Of a DNA stretch of 64,000 nt, positions 11,101-19,001 are shown in pieces; position 1 is the first letter of the stretch, and the number at the start of each line of letters is the position of its first letter. Under the pieces are notes generated by a model. That model was given only the letters and a program-made list of their open reading frames with translations. It ran no database searches and was not told the origin of the DNA. This DNA comes from an uncultured delta proteobacterium (lineage in GTDB: Bacteria > Myxococcota_A > Polyangia > Polyangiales > JAFGIB01): positions 864,001 through 928,000 of the forward strand of contig CAVZVA010000010.1 in the NCBI GenBank assembly GCA_963778655.1, written 5' to 3'. The position numbers and the translations under genes were made by a program.

Positions 11101-12440
11101 TCGAGGTGGCGGCCCGCGAGCTGGTGCGCGGCCATCTCGACGTGCTCGGCCCGGTGCTGCTGCCGCAGCTCTGCGCCGCCACCGCGCTCGAGCCGAGCCA
11201 GGTGCAGGTCGCGCTGGACACGCTGCAGCGCGAAGGCTTCGTGCTGCAAGGACACTTCGAGCCGGGCGTGGAGCAGCCGCAGTACTGCGCGCGGCGCCTG
11301 CTCGGGCGCATCCACGCGTATACGCAAGATCGCCTGCGCGCCGAGATCGAGCCGGTCACGGCCCAGGACTTCGTGCGCTTTCTGCTGCGCTGGCAGCACG
11401 TCGCGCCATCGAGCCGGCTCAGCGGCACGCGCGGTGTGCTGGCGCTGGTCGAGCAGTTGCAGGGCTTCGAGCTGGCGGCCGCGGCCTGGGAGGCCCAGGT
11501 GCTGCCGGCGCGGCTCGAGCGCTATCAGCGCGAATGGCTCGACGCGCTGTGCCTCTCGGGCCAGCTGGCCTGGGGCCGGGCGGGGCTGCGCGCCGAGCGC
11601 GGGGAGCCGGAGCGCGCGGCGCTGCTGTCGCGCGTCACCCCAATCACGCTCGGCTGCCGCGCCGACTGGCCGTGGCTGCTGCGCGCCGCGCGCGGCGACG
11701 CGCGCGCCGCCGAGCCGACCTGCGGTCAGAGCGCTCGCGTGCTCTTGCGGCTGCGTGAGGGCGGCGCGCAGTTCCTGCTCGAGCTCGCGGCGCGCAGCGG
11801 CCTGTCCGAGGCGCAGGTGCGCGATGCGCTGTGGGACTGCGTGGCGCGCGGGCTGGTCACCGCGGACGGATTCTCCGCCTTGCGCGCGTTGATGCTGCCG
11901 GCGCCGGGCTTCATGCGCGCGGCGCGCCCCGGCAGGGGCCTGCGGCGCGGCGCGGGGGTGGCGGCCAGCGAAGGGCGCTGGGCCGAGCTGCCCGCACCCG
12001 CGCCCGGCGGCGATCCCGATGCGCTGGCCGAGGCTGCGGCCGAGCAGCTGCTCGCGCGCTGGGGCGTGGTGTTCTACGACCTGCTCGCGCGCGAGACGCT
12101 GGCGCTCGGCTGGCGTGAGCTCTCGTGGGCGCTGCGCCGGCTGGAGGCGCGCGGCACGGTGCGCGGCGGCCGCTTCGTGCGCGGCTTCGCCGGCGAGCAA
12201 TACGCGTTGCCCGAGGCGGTCGAGCTGCTGCGCGACACGCGCCGCCGCCCGCGCGACGGCGCGCTGGTCCGGCTCTCGGCCTGCGACCCGCTCAATCTCG
12301 CCGGAATCATCCTGCCCGGACCGCGCGTGCCCGCACTGCGCACGCGCTTCGTCAGCTATCGCGACGGTGCGCTGGTCGAGCAAGACGACGGCGACGAGAT
12401 CCAGACGCTCGGCGCGCGTGCCCTGCCGTCCGGAGCTTGA
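8166..12440 (+). CDS. lhr: Lhr-family SF2 DEAD/DEAH-box helicase, full length
   Basis: APTGSGKT, SPLKAL, TTPESL, DEIH, LSAT, SLELGID, QRVGRSGH; C-terminal RGGRFVRGFAGEQYA and SACDPLNL. Confidence 0.92.
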   Translation: MDFHPAVRAWFERRFPHGPTEAQRAGWRAIAAGQSTLIAAPTGSGKTLAAFLLCIDRLYRAAEAGALGDPAIQVVYVSPLKALAADIEKNLQTPLCEIAAVAAELGLCAPEIGVAVRSGDTTPAARAAMLRRPPHIVITTPESLYLLLTAERSRQLLRGTRTVIVDEIHALARDKRGAHLALSLERLQHVCAAPPLRIGLSATQRPIERIARLLVGEPGREPGEPGEHAARACTVVDTGHQRALDLALELPGSELQAVASTEQMGEVLDKIAAHVAQRRTTLVFVNTRRLSERLAHQLSERLGEHQVAAHHGSLSKQRRLEVEARLRAGELRAVVATASLELGIDVGPVELVCQIGSPRSIATLLQRVGRSGHSRFGLPTGRLYPLTRDELVECAALLRAVRAGRLDAIALPRAPLDVLAQQLVAECAAEPWQPDALLDCVRRAAPYAELQREDFERVLELVCEGVMTGRGRRGAYLQHDRVLGQLRGRRGARLAALTSGGAIPESADYRVVAEPDEMPVGTINEDFALESMVGDVFLLGSTSWRIRRVSSGTVRVVDAKGATPTVPFWLGEAPGRTAELSAEVSALREGVGQQLERGGLAAAEACLREQTGIEQTAAAEIAAYLAAGRAALGLLPTQRELVFERFFDDSGGMQLVAHAPFGARINRALGLLLRKRFCTSFDFELQAAASDDAIVLSLGPQHSFPLEQVPLFLAPAGVREALARAVIVTPMFAVRWRWNLNRALLVLRVKGGKKNPPPLQRMESDDLMVALFPALAACQDNATGPREIPDHVIVRQTLDDCLHDAMDVEGLQALLSALQRGELRVSFRDTTEPSPLCHEILNSRPYTFLDDAPLEERRTRAVQLRRGLPLQARALSALDPKAIARVRAEAEPAPRDEHELLDQLTWLGVCRPRPQWQAWFARLQADGRALRLQRGDDLLWCASQKRAALQALFAGARFEPAPAAAAAAASAPPDAAVDVEVAARELVRGHLDVLGPVLLPQLCAATALEPSQVQVALDTLQREGFVLQGHFEPGVEQPQYCARRLLGRIHAYTQDRLRAEIEPVTAQDFVRFLLRWQHVAPSSRLSGTRGVLALVEQLQGFELAAAAWEAQVLPARLERYQREWLDALCLSGQLAWGRAGLRAERGEPERAALLSRVTPITLGCRADWPWLLRAARGDARAAEPTCGQSARVLLRLREGGAQFLLELAARSGLSEAQVRDALWDCVARGLVTADGFSALRALMLPAPGFMRAARPGRGLRRGAGVAASEGRWAELPAPAPGGDPDALAEAAAEQLLARWGVVFYDLLARETLALGWRELSWALRRLEARGTVRGGRFVRGFAGEQYALPEAVELLRDTRRRPRDGALVRLSACDPLNLAGIILPGPRVPALRTRFVSYRDGALVEQDDGDEIQTLGARALPSGA

Positions 12441-12499
12441 GCCGGTCGCGCCGCTTGCCGTGGACGGCAGCCGGGCCGCATTTGGGTTACGCTCCGCCC

Positions 12500-13213
12500 G
12501 TGACCAAGTCCTATGCCAGCTGGACGGTGCTGCCCTACGAGCCGATCGAGCGCCTGGCCGAGAACCTGTGGCGCGTGGAGGGCACGCTGTCGAACATGCC
12601 CCTGCGGCGGGTGATGACGCTCGCGCGCATGAACGACGGACGGCTCGTGATTCACAACGCGATCGCGTTGCACGACGCCCAGATGCGCGAGATCGAGGCC
12701 TGGGGCACGCCAGCGTTTCTGGTCGTGCCGAACGGCTACCATCGTCTGGACGCGCCCGCCTTCAAGCAGCGCTATCCGGCGCTGCGCGTGGTGTGTCCGC
12801 GCGGCGCGCGCAAGCGCGTGCAGCAGGTCGTCGCCGTCGATTTCGACTACGACGACTTCCCGGGCGACGACACGGTGCGGCTCGAGCACCTGCGGGGCCT
12901 GCGCGAGAGCGAAGGCGTGATGCACGTGCGCTCGCAGGATGGCGTGACCCTGGTCTTCAACGACGCGCTGTTCAACATGCCGCACCTGCCGGGGCTGCAG
13001 GGCGCGATCTTGCGCTACCTGACGCAGTCCTCGGGCGGCCCGCGGGTCTCGCGCATCGGACGGATGCTGCTGATCGCCGACCGCAAGGCGTTCGCCGCGG
13101 ACTTGCTGCGGCTATCGCGCACGCCCGACCTGGTACGCGTGATCGTGGGCCATCACCAGACCATCGCGACAGAGCCCGCGGCGGCGCTGGCCCGCGTGGC
13201 TGCCACCTTGTGA
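12500..13213 (+). CDS. DUF4336-like metallo-beta-lactamase-fold protein
   Basis: RVMTLARMNDGRLVIHNAI, VVPNGYHRLD, NDALFN and VIVGHH motifs. Confidence 0.7.
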   Translation: MTKSYASWTVLPYEPIERLAENLWRVEGTLSNMPLRRVMTLARMNDGRLVIHNAIALHDAQMREIEAWGTPAFLVVPNGYHRLDAPAFKQRYPALRVVCPRGARKRVQQVVAVDFDYDDFPGDDTVRLEHLRGLRESEGVMHVRSQDGVTLVFNDALFNMPHLPGLQGAILRYLTQSSGGPRVSRIGRMLLIADRKAFAADLLRLSRTPDLVRVIVGHHQTIATEPAAALARVAATL

Positions 13214-13276
13214 GGCGCACGGCCGATCGAGCTTAGAAGGTCGGCTGCGTCAGCCCACGCCCGCGCGGGACGGCGC

Positions 13277-13570
13277 TCAGTTGTTCTGCGCGCCGGCGCA
13301 GATCCACGCGCCGATGGTGTCGATCTGCGCCTTGGGCAAGCCCTGGCCGGACTTCGGCATCTGGGAGCCCGAGCACAGGTTGGTACCGAGCAGCTTGTCC
13401 ATCAAATAGCTCGCCGACGGGTCGCCGGGCTGCACGCGCTTGCGCGACGCGCCGCACTCGGAGGAGGCCACGCCGACCAGCGAGCCGTAGGCCATGCCCG
13501 AGACGAGTGTGAGCCCCTGCTTGGGCGCTGCCCCCGAGTGGCAGCCCATCACGGCGCAGCTCGCAGCGCA
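13277..13570 (-). pseudogene. 5'-truncated c-type cytochrome-like lipoprotein domain
   Basis: SCAVMGCH...PGDPSASYLMDKL...QMP...IGAWICAGA resembles the C-terminus of 56118..56753; no own start codon or signal peptide. Confidence 0.6.
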
Positions 13571-13590
13571 GCCTCGCGCATCGGCTCGAA

Positions 13591-14322
13591 TCAGCCTGCA
13601 GCCGATCGGCTCTCGCCGGCGCCGTCGGACGGCGCGCCCGCGTGCAGCACCACCGGCGGGCCGTCGGCCGGAGTGACACCGGTCAGCTGATCGGCGATGG
13701 GGAGGTCGCAGGCCTTGCGCGGCCCGAGCAGCACCCAGGCGATCGAGCGCAGCGGCCACAGCGGCAACGCGGTCACGAATGCGTGCGTGCGTACGAGCTC
13801 GTCGATGATCGCGCGATCCACCCGAATCTGGAAGGGCGAGAGCTTCACGTAGCCGTGCTGGATCAGGAAGTCGTGCGCGGCCGCGTGCCGCCGGAACAGC
13901 TCGGTCAGTGAGGCGTTGGGGAAACGCTGTATGAACATGTTGGGCGGTGTGGGAGGCACGACGGCGTTCAGGCTGGTGGTCGACAGCGTCTGATCGCGGT
14001 TGAAGGCGCTGATCAGCTCGTAGTGCGTGGCGCCTTTTATTTGCTGCACCAGCAGAAACACCGGTTGCTCGGCGTGACGCCAGGCCGCGATGAAACGCCG
14101 ATCCAGGCCGCGGAACTGGTATCCTCCGATCCATTCGAAGCGGAAGTGCGTGGCCCAGGGCTGGTGGGCCTCCGCGAGCAGATAGGGACCGGGATGCGTT
14201 TCCTTGGAAGCGGGTTGCAGTAACCTTGCCTGTCCAGACTGCTTGATACTGACGTAGACGAAGGGGATGATCGCAAGCAGCACCAAGATCAGCAGGGCGG
14301 ACAGAGCCAGCGCGAATTCCAC
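13591..14322 (-). CDS. membrane-anchored hypothetical protein
   Basis: GTG start, N-terminal TM (FALALSALLILVLLAIIPFVYV), visibly more A/T-rich codons than neighbours. Confidence 0.6.
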   Translation of the reverse strand: MEFALALSALLILVLLAIIPFVYVSIKQSGQARLLQPASKETHPGPYLLAEAHQPWATHFRFEWIGGYQFRGLDRRFIAAWRHAEQPVFLLVQQIKGATHYELISAFNRDQTLSTTSLNAVVPPTPPNMFIQRFPNASLTELFRRHAAAHDFLIQHGYVKLSPFQIRVDRAIIDELVRTHAFVTALPLWPLRSIAWVLLGPRKACDLPIADQLTGVTPADGPPVVLHAGAPSDGAGESRSAAG

Positions 14323-14380
14323 GGAAGGAAACCTCGAGTGTGTTTTATGATGATAGACCGCGGCGGCCCGTAGGTCAGCA

Positions 14381-15595
14381 TTGGTTGAGCCCGTGAACAG
14401 CGACGTTTGGTTGTGTCGTCTGGAAGGCGACGACAAGAACCGCCTGCTCGCCATCAGTCGCATGTTTCGCGTGGATGTGCGCGGCGCACACCACATCCTC
14501 GAGCACCTGCCACGGCTCGTGGCTCGTGATTTGCCCGAGATCGAGGCTCGCAAGCTCGCGCACCGCCTGCGCGAAACCGGCGGCGTGGTGCACGTGTGCG
14601 GTACCGGAGAGACGCCCGACTTCGGGGCGACCCTGGCCGCGCCCGTGCGCAAGGCCGCCAGACAGGCACCCGCGCGCCGGCGTCCGCGCGCCGGCGACGA
14701 CGCGTCCGCGCTGGCGCGCGCGACGCAGGACGCTGCCATGGCGCGCTGGCCCAAGGAGACCGAGCCGTGCGCATGGGAGACCGAAGGTGCCAGCAGGCCG
14801 CCGCCGGTACCGGCCGCGGTGCGGCACTCGGCCGCGCGCGTGGCCTTCACGCTGTTCGGGGCGCTGTCGCTGATCGGCGGCGGCGGCGGGGCCTACTGGG
14901 CGCGCTACGGCAAGGAGATCCTGGCGGTGTCGGTCGCGCAGGTGCCCGAGCCCAGGGCTGCCGCCAGCCAGCGCGCCGACCGCGGGCGCGATGCGGGAGT
15001 CGCGCGCGAAACCTCCGGCGACCCGCAGCGGGCCGAGCTCGCCCGGCGTCTTGCCGAGACCGCCGCGCAGGCCGCGTTCCAGGCTGCCGCGGGCGAGACC
15101 GCGAAGGCGCTCGCCCAGCCGGGTGAGCCGCTGCAGATCGAGCAGCAGAGCGTGGGCTTGAGCTTCGAGCTGCCGCAAGCCGAGGTGGAGGCGCGGCTGC
15201 AAGCGCTCGAGCCCACCGCGGCGGCGCACGAGGCCCTGCTGCTGCGCAACGTGAAACAGAGCCGGCCGGGCTTCGACCGCGTCGTGTTGCTGCCCACGCC
15301 CGATCCGCTGCAGGCGGTCCAGCTGATCGGCACCGCCGGTGAGGGTATCAGCAACGCGGAGATCGTGAGCTGGCTGCGCGCCCTGCACGATGAGCGGCCG
15401 TTCCGCTTGCTGGGCGTGGGCGCGAGCTTCGTGGAGGGCCGGTTCGAGACGCAGAAGCACGACGAGGGCAGGCTCGACCAAGCCGCGTTCTCATGCCCGG
15501 GCCGTGCCAGCGCGCGCGGGGGGGTCGAAGCCGACGGGATCCGCACGCTGGAGCGCCTTCATCACAGCAGCCGCTTCGCCTGCACCTGGCCTTAA
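14381..15595 (+). CDS. DUF4253-like domain protein with central TM helix
   Basis: C-terminal DPLQAVQLIGTAG...AEIVSWLRAL...PFRLLGVGASFVEGRF. Confidence 0.6.
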   Translation: MVEPVNSDVWLCRLEGDDKNRLLAISRMFRVDVRGAHHILEHLPRLVARDLPEIEARKLAHRLRETGGVVHVCGTGETPDFGATLAAPVRKAARQAPARRRPRAGDDASALARATQDAAMARWPKETEPCAWETEGASRPPPVPAAVRHSAARVAFTLFGALSLIGGGGGAYWARYGKEILAVSVAQVPEPRAAASQRADRGRDAGVARETSGDPQRAELARRLAETAAQAAFQAAAGETAKALAQPGEPLQIEQQSVGLSFELPQAEVEARLQALEPTAAAHEALLLRNVKQSRPGFDRVVLLPTPDPLQAVQLIGTAGEGISNAEIVSWLRALHDERPFRLLGVGASFVEGRFETQKHDEGRLDQAAFSCPGRASARGGVEADGIRTLERLHHSSRFACTWP

Positions 15596-15774
15596 TCTCG
15601 GTCTAAGCAGCACGCCGAGCCGCGGTGCGAAGGTCCGCAGTCGAAGAGCGCGGCGACCGCCTTTGCCGCCACCGCGGATTTTGCCCGGACCTCAGGGGCG
15701 TTCCGGCGGGTTCGGCTCGGCTGCAGCCCCACGCGTCGTTCAATCCGCGCGCTGCCTGTGTTAGAGCGCGGCGC

Positions 15775-16815
15775 ATGGATACGAGATCGTGCAACGCGGC
15801 GCGCGGGCATGGCGGCAGAGGCCGGCGGGTCCTCGCAGGCATGGCGGTGCTTGGGGTTGCGCTTTCGGTCGTGGCGGCGTGGCAAGGCTCGGCCGCGGCC
15901 GAGGGCGCGCAGGCGGATTCAGCCGAATACCGCAAGCTGATCGAGGACGGGCTTCAAGAATTCGATCGCAGAAACTGGGAAGAGGCCACCGCGCTCTTCA
16001 AGCAAGCGCACGCGCTCAATCCCAATGCCCGGACCCTGCGAGCGCTCGGCCTCTGTGCATTCGAGGCGCGGCACTACGCCGAGGCGCTCCGGTACTTGAA
16101 GGCTGCGCTGCAGGACACGCGCCGCCCGCTGACCGCGAAACAGCGCGCCGGGGTCGAGCGCTCGATCGAGCGCGCGGAGCATTATGTTGGCGGGCTCACG
16201 CTGCTGCTCGATCCCCCGGACGCCAGCGTTCGCATCGACGGCCAAGAGGTCACGGTGGATCCCCACAGCGAGCTCGTCGTCGACGCGGGTGAGCTCGAGG
16301 TCGAGGTCTCAGCGCCCAACTACCTGACCGAGCTCAGGCGGGTGCGGGTGGCCTCTGAGGGGCACGAGGAAATCTCGGTCAGGCTCGAGCCCGGCGACGC
16401 CACCGCCGAAGCGACTGCCCGCGCGACGCCCGCGGTGGCCGGCTCCGCGGCCCACAGCCCTCCGAGCGACCGAGGAGACCACGGCGGCGCGCTCGGAACC
16501 TGGAAATGGGTCGCGAGCGCCGCCGCGCTGGCGGGTTTGGCGGTCGGGGTGACCGCGCTCGTGCTCGGCAACTCGGACGCCAATCGATGGAACGCGTGCC
16601 GCGACGCGTCCCAGCCCAGCTGCCTCGGAAGCCACGACCGCTCCCAGACCGAGAAGACGATCTCCACGGTCGGGTTCGCGACCGGCGCCGGCCTGGGGGT
16701 GCTGGGCGTCGTGCTCTTCGTGCTCGACGCCAAGCAGACCTCCTCCGTGCGCTCGGCCCTGAGGTGCGGTCCAGGCCGCCCCGATCTCGGCGTCGCGTGC
16801 CGCCTCGCCTTCTAG
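15775..16815 (+). CDS. TPR + PEGA domain protein (myxobacterial type)
   Basis: Signal peptide, TPR-like helices (EEATALFKQAHALNP), PEGA-like DPPDASVRIDG, C-terminal TM hairpin. Confidence 0.8.
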   Translation: MDTRSCNAARGHGGRGRRVLAGMAVLGVALSVVAAWQGSAAAEGAQADSAEYRKLIEDGLQEFDRRNWEEATALFKQAHALNPNARTLRALGLCAFEARHYAEALRYLKAALQDTRRPLTAKQRAGVERSIERAEHYVGGLTLLLDPPDASVRIDGQEVTVDPHSELVVDAGELEVEVSAPNYLTELRRVRVASEGHEEISVRLEPGDATAEATARATPAVAGSAAHSPPSDRGDHGGALGTWKWVASAAALAGLAVGVTALVLGNSDANRWNACRDASQPSCLGSHDRSQTEKTISTVGFATGAGLGVLGVVLFVLDAKQTSSVRSALRCGPGRPDLGVACRLAF

Positions 16816-16829
16816 CTTGGTTCTCGTCC

Positions 16830-16893
16830 ACAGGAAGGCGGGAAGACTGGAAGTCCCGAGCGGTTTGTTCCGCTCGCCTTCCCGTCTTCCTGT
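16830..16893. repeat. REP-like inverted repeat, GGAAGACG family copy 1
   Basis: ACAGGAAGGCGGGAAG (16830-16845) vs CTTCCCGTCTTCCTGT (16878-16893), 15/16 complementary, with inner CGAGCGG/CCGCTCG stem; lies between convergent genes. Confidence 0.75.
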
Positions 16894-16937
16894 TGAATCC
16901 GCCAACGCGCCATTTCTGGACGGACGGCGCCGGAACC

Positions 16938-18704
16938 TCAGCGTGCCACGCTCGCGACGACACTGTCGAAGTACACGGTCCAACCCGTGGGCAGGTCGGA
17001 GATGGTCCTCAGCCCGATCGTCAGGCCGGGCGCCGTCGCGCCCGCCACGCCGCCGCCGCAGGCCGTCGTGTTGATGTCGGTGCCGTTGACCACGACCTGG
17101 GCAGGCGACACCGCGGTGAACACGACTGAGTTCCACGCGTTGGGCTGAAGGGCATCCGACAGCGGGCAATCGTAGGTGTAGAAGGCACCGCCGCTCAGCA
17201 CGTAGTGAAGAAACAGGCCGGTGTAGTTGGAGCCGTTCGTAGCCTGGATCGTGCCCTTGTAGGTGTAGGCAAGGCACATCTCGAAGCCGGTGTCCGAGAA
17301 GCACATCAGATCGAAGGATCCGCTGAAGGCGGGCAGGTTGGCCGTCATCAACGACGGATAGACCTGCGCGGAAATCGTGGCACTGGTGGCTGCGTTGGCG
17401 CCGACTGCGCTCCACGTGAGCCTCGCCTCGCTGCCGCTGCTGCTGGTGACCGAGCTGAGAAACGACTCAGGCAGCGAGTTGGCGCGCGCGGTGCTCGCGC
17501 TGATCGCGCCTGAGGTTGCGGTCGTTCGCGCCCAGGTGGCCGCCGCAGGCAACCCGGTCTCGAAGTCGACGCACTGGTAGTCCGAAGCCAAGACGCCACT
17601 CGGGCGTGTCTGTTGTGCGCACCAGGACTTGCATGCGCCCGCAATGCAGCTGTAGCCGGTGCTGCAATCGCCGTCGCCGCAGCAGCTGCCCGCCGGCCAG
17701 CAGGTGACCGAGACGCCGCTGCCGCACTTCACCTGGCCAGCCGCACAGTCGCAGGCATGGCTCGCCGAGCAGATCGCGCCCGATTGGCAATCGTTGGCGC
17801 TGCAGCAATTGCCGTTGACGCAGGTGAGCGAGCTTCCGCTGCCGCACTTCAGCAGGCCGCTGCCGCAATCGCACACGTGTGAGCTCGAGCACAGGGCGCT
17901 CGGTTGACACTCGCTCCCATCGCAGCAGCCGTTTTGCGCGATGCACTCGCCGTTGCACGCCCTGTGGCTGCCGTCGCAGCTGAAGCCGCAGCTGATTCCA
18001 TCGCAGCTCGCCTGCCCGAACTGAGGGGTGGGGCAGGCCGTGCAGCCCTGCGGGCCGCAACCGTTGACGCTGGTGTCGTCGAGGCAGACCCCCGAGCAGT
18101 TGTGCTTGCCACTGGGACACTGGTCGGTGCACGCCATGTCGTTCGAGAGGCAGACCCCTGCGCAGGCTCGGCTCCCACTGGGACAGCTCGGTTGGCATTG
18201 GCCCGATTCGCACGACACATCGCCGCCGGTGGGCGCCGTGCACGGAACGCAAGACTGCCCGCAGCTGTCCGTGGAGGTATCGCTGAGGCAATCGGCGCCG
18301 CACGCGTGCGTGCCGCTCGGACATGGACACGTGCCGCCGGCATCACAGCCGGTTGCGGCAGCCCCACCGGTGCCGCCCGAGCCGCCGCCATCGCCCATGC
18401 CGCCGGCGCCGCTCGTGCCGCTCGTGCCGCCCGCGCCGCTCGTGCCGCCCGCGCCGCCGCCGCCGACAGTTGGCTGCGAGCTGTCGGCTGCACGTGCGTC
18501 CTGCAGATGCGGCGTCCCGCTGTCGGTCGCGCCGGTGGTGGGCAAGCCGGACGCGGCATCGCCGGCATCTGCGCCGGGGCCGGCCGCCGTGCCCCCGTCG
18601 GCGTGCGGTATTGCGGGCTTGAGCGCCGTGCAGGCGGCCAGCGTCGCGAGCGCCAAACACGCGACCCAACACGCGGAGGTGGAGACGGCCGTTCGCATTG
18701 CCAT
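16938..18704 (-). CDS. Cys-rich repeat lipoprotein with C-terminal beta-sandwich-like domain
   Basis: TLAAC lipobox, GGTSGAGG linker, tandem Cys-rich repeats, CVDFETG-led C-terminal domain. Confidence 0.8.
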   Translation of the reverse strand: MAMRTAVSTSACWVACLALATLAACTALKPAIPHADGGTAAGPGADAGDAASGLPTTGATDSGTPHLQDARAADSSQPTVGGGGAGGTSGAGGTSGTSGAGGMGDGGGSGGTGGAAATGCDAGGTCPCPSGTHACGADCLSDTSTDSCGQSCVPCTAPTGGDVSCESGQCQPSCPSGSRACAGVCLSNDMACTDQCPSGKHNCSGVCLDDTSVNGCGPQGCTACPTPQFGQASCDGISCGFSCDGSHRACNGECIAQNGCCDGSECQPSALCSSSHVCDCGSGLLKCGSGSSLTCVNGNCCSANDCQSGAICSASHACDCAAGQVKCGSGVSVTCWPAGSCCGDGDCSTGYSCIAGACKSWCAQQTRPSGVLASDYQCVDFETGLPAAATWARTTATSGAISASTARANSLPESFLSSVTSSSGSEARLTWSAVGANAATSATISAQVYPSLMTANLPAFSGSFDLMCFSDTGFEMCLAYTYKGTIQATNGSNYTGLFLHYVLSGGAFYTYDCPLSDALQPNAWNSVVFTAVSPAQVVVNGTDINTTACGGGVAGATAPGLTIGLRTISDLPTGWTVYFDSVVASVAR

Positions 18705-19001
18705 AGGCAGCGAAAGTCCCGTGGGATTGCGGGCGGGTCAAGCCCCAAGGCCGGCCCGTGTCCCGAGATCGCGGCGTCGGGATCGCGCCCAAAACCAGCC
18801 CGGTCCGATCGTGGCGACCCTCGCGGGGGTACCGCAAGCGCGGCCAATCGGGCCAGCGCCGGGCGGGCACGGCTCGACAAATACAACGAGCCCCAGCGGC
18901 GGCAACGCGTCTTTCCGCCACGACGGCTGCGCGCCCCGGGCAGGGCTTGGCTTGCTTGGCTTGCTTGCCGCGCCACGCCGGAAGCCGCGCCCTGCGCGCG
19001 C

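Noticed and set aside
8100..12383. Very long antisense ORFs (also 2023-4152, 17904-20822, 21176-23281, 44902-46821)
   Set aside because: Shadow frames of real high-GC genes; Arg/Ala/Gly-rich with no motifs
8166..13213. Lhr helicase + MBL-fold gene as an anti-phage system
   Set aside because: This is the ordinary full-length repair-type Lhr; the downstream gene has its own promoter-like signal and no defence genes flank them
18360..18470. Repetitive GCCGCC/GTGCCG tracts (also 53370-53560, 56460-56560) as a possible CRISPR or VNTR
   Set aside because: They encode Gly/Thr/Ser linkers inside lipoproteins; no repeat-spacer structure or cas genes
18945..18970. GCTTGGCTT repeated about 2.6 times
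   Set aside because: Short microsatellite-like repeat, single locus, no spacers or inverted partner
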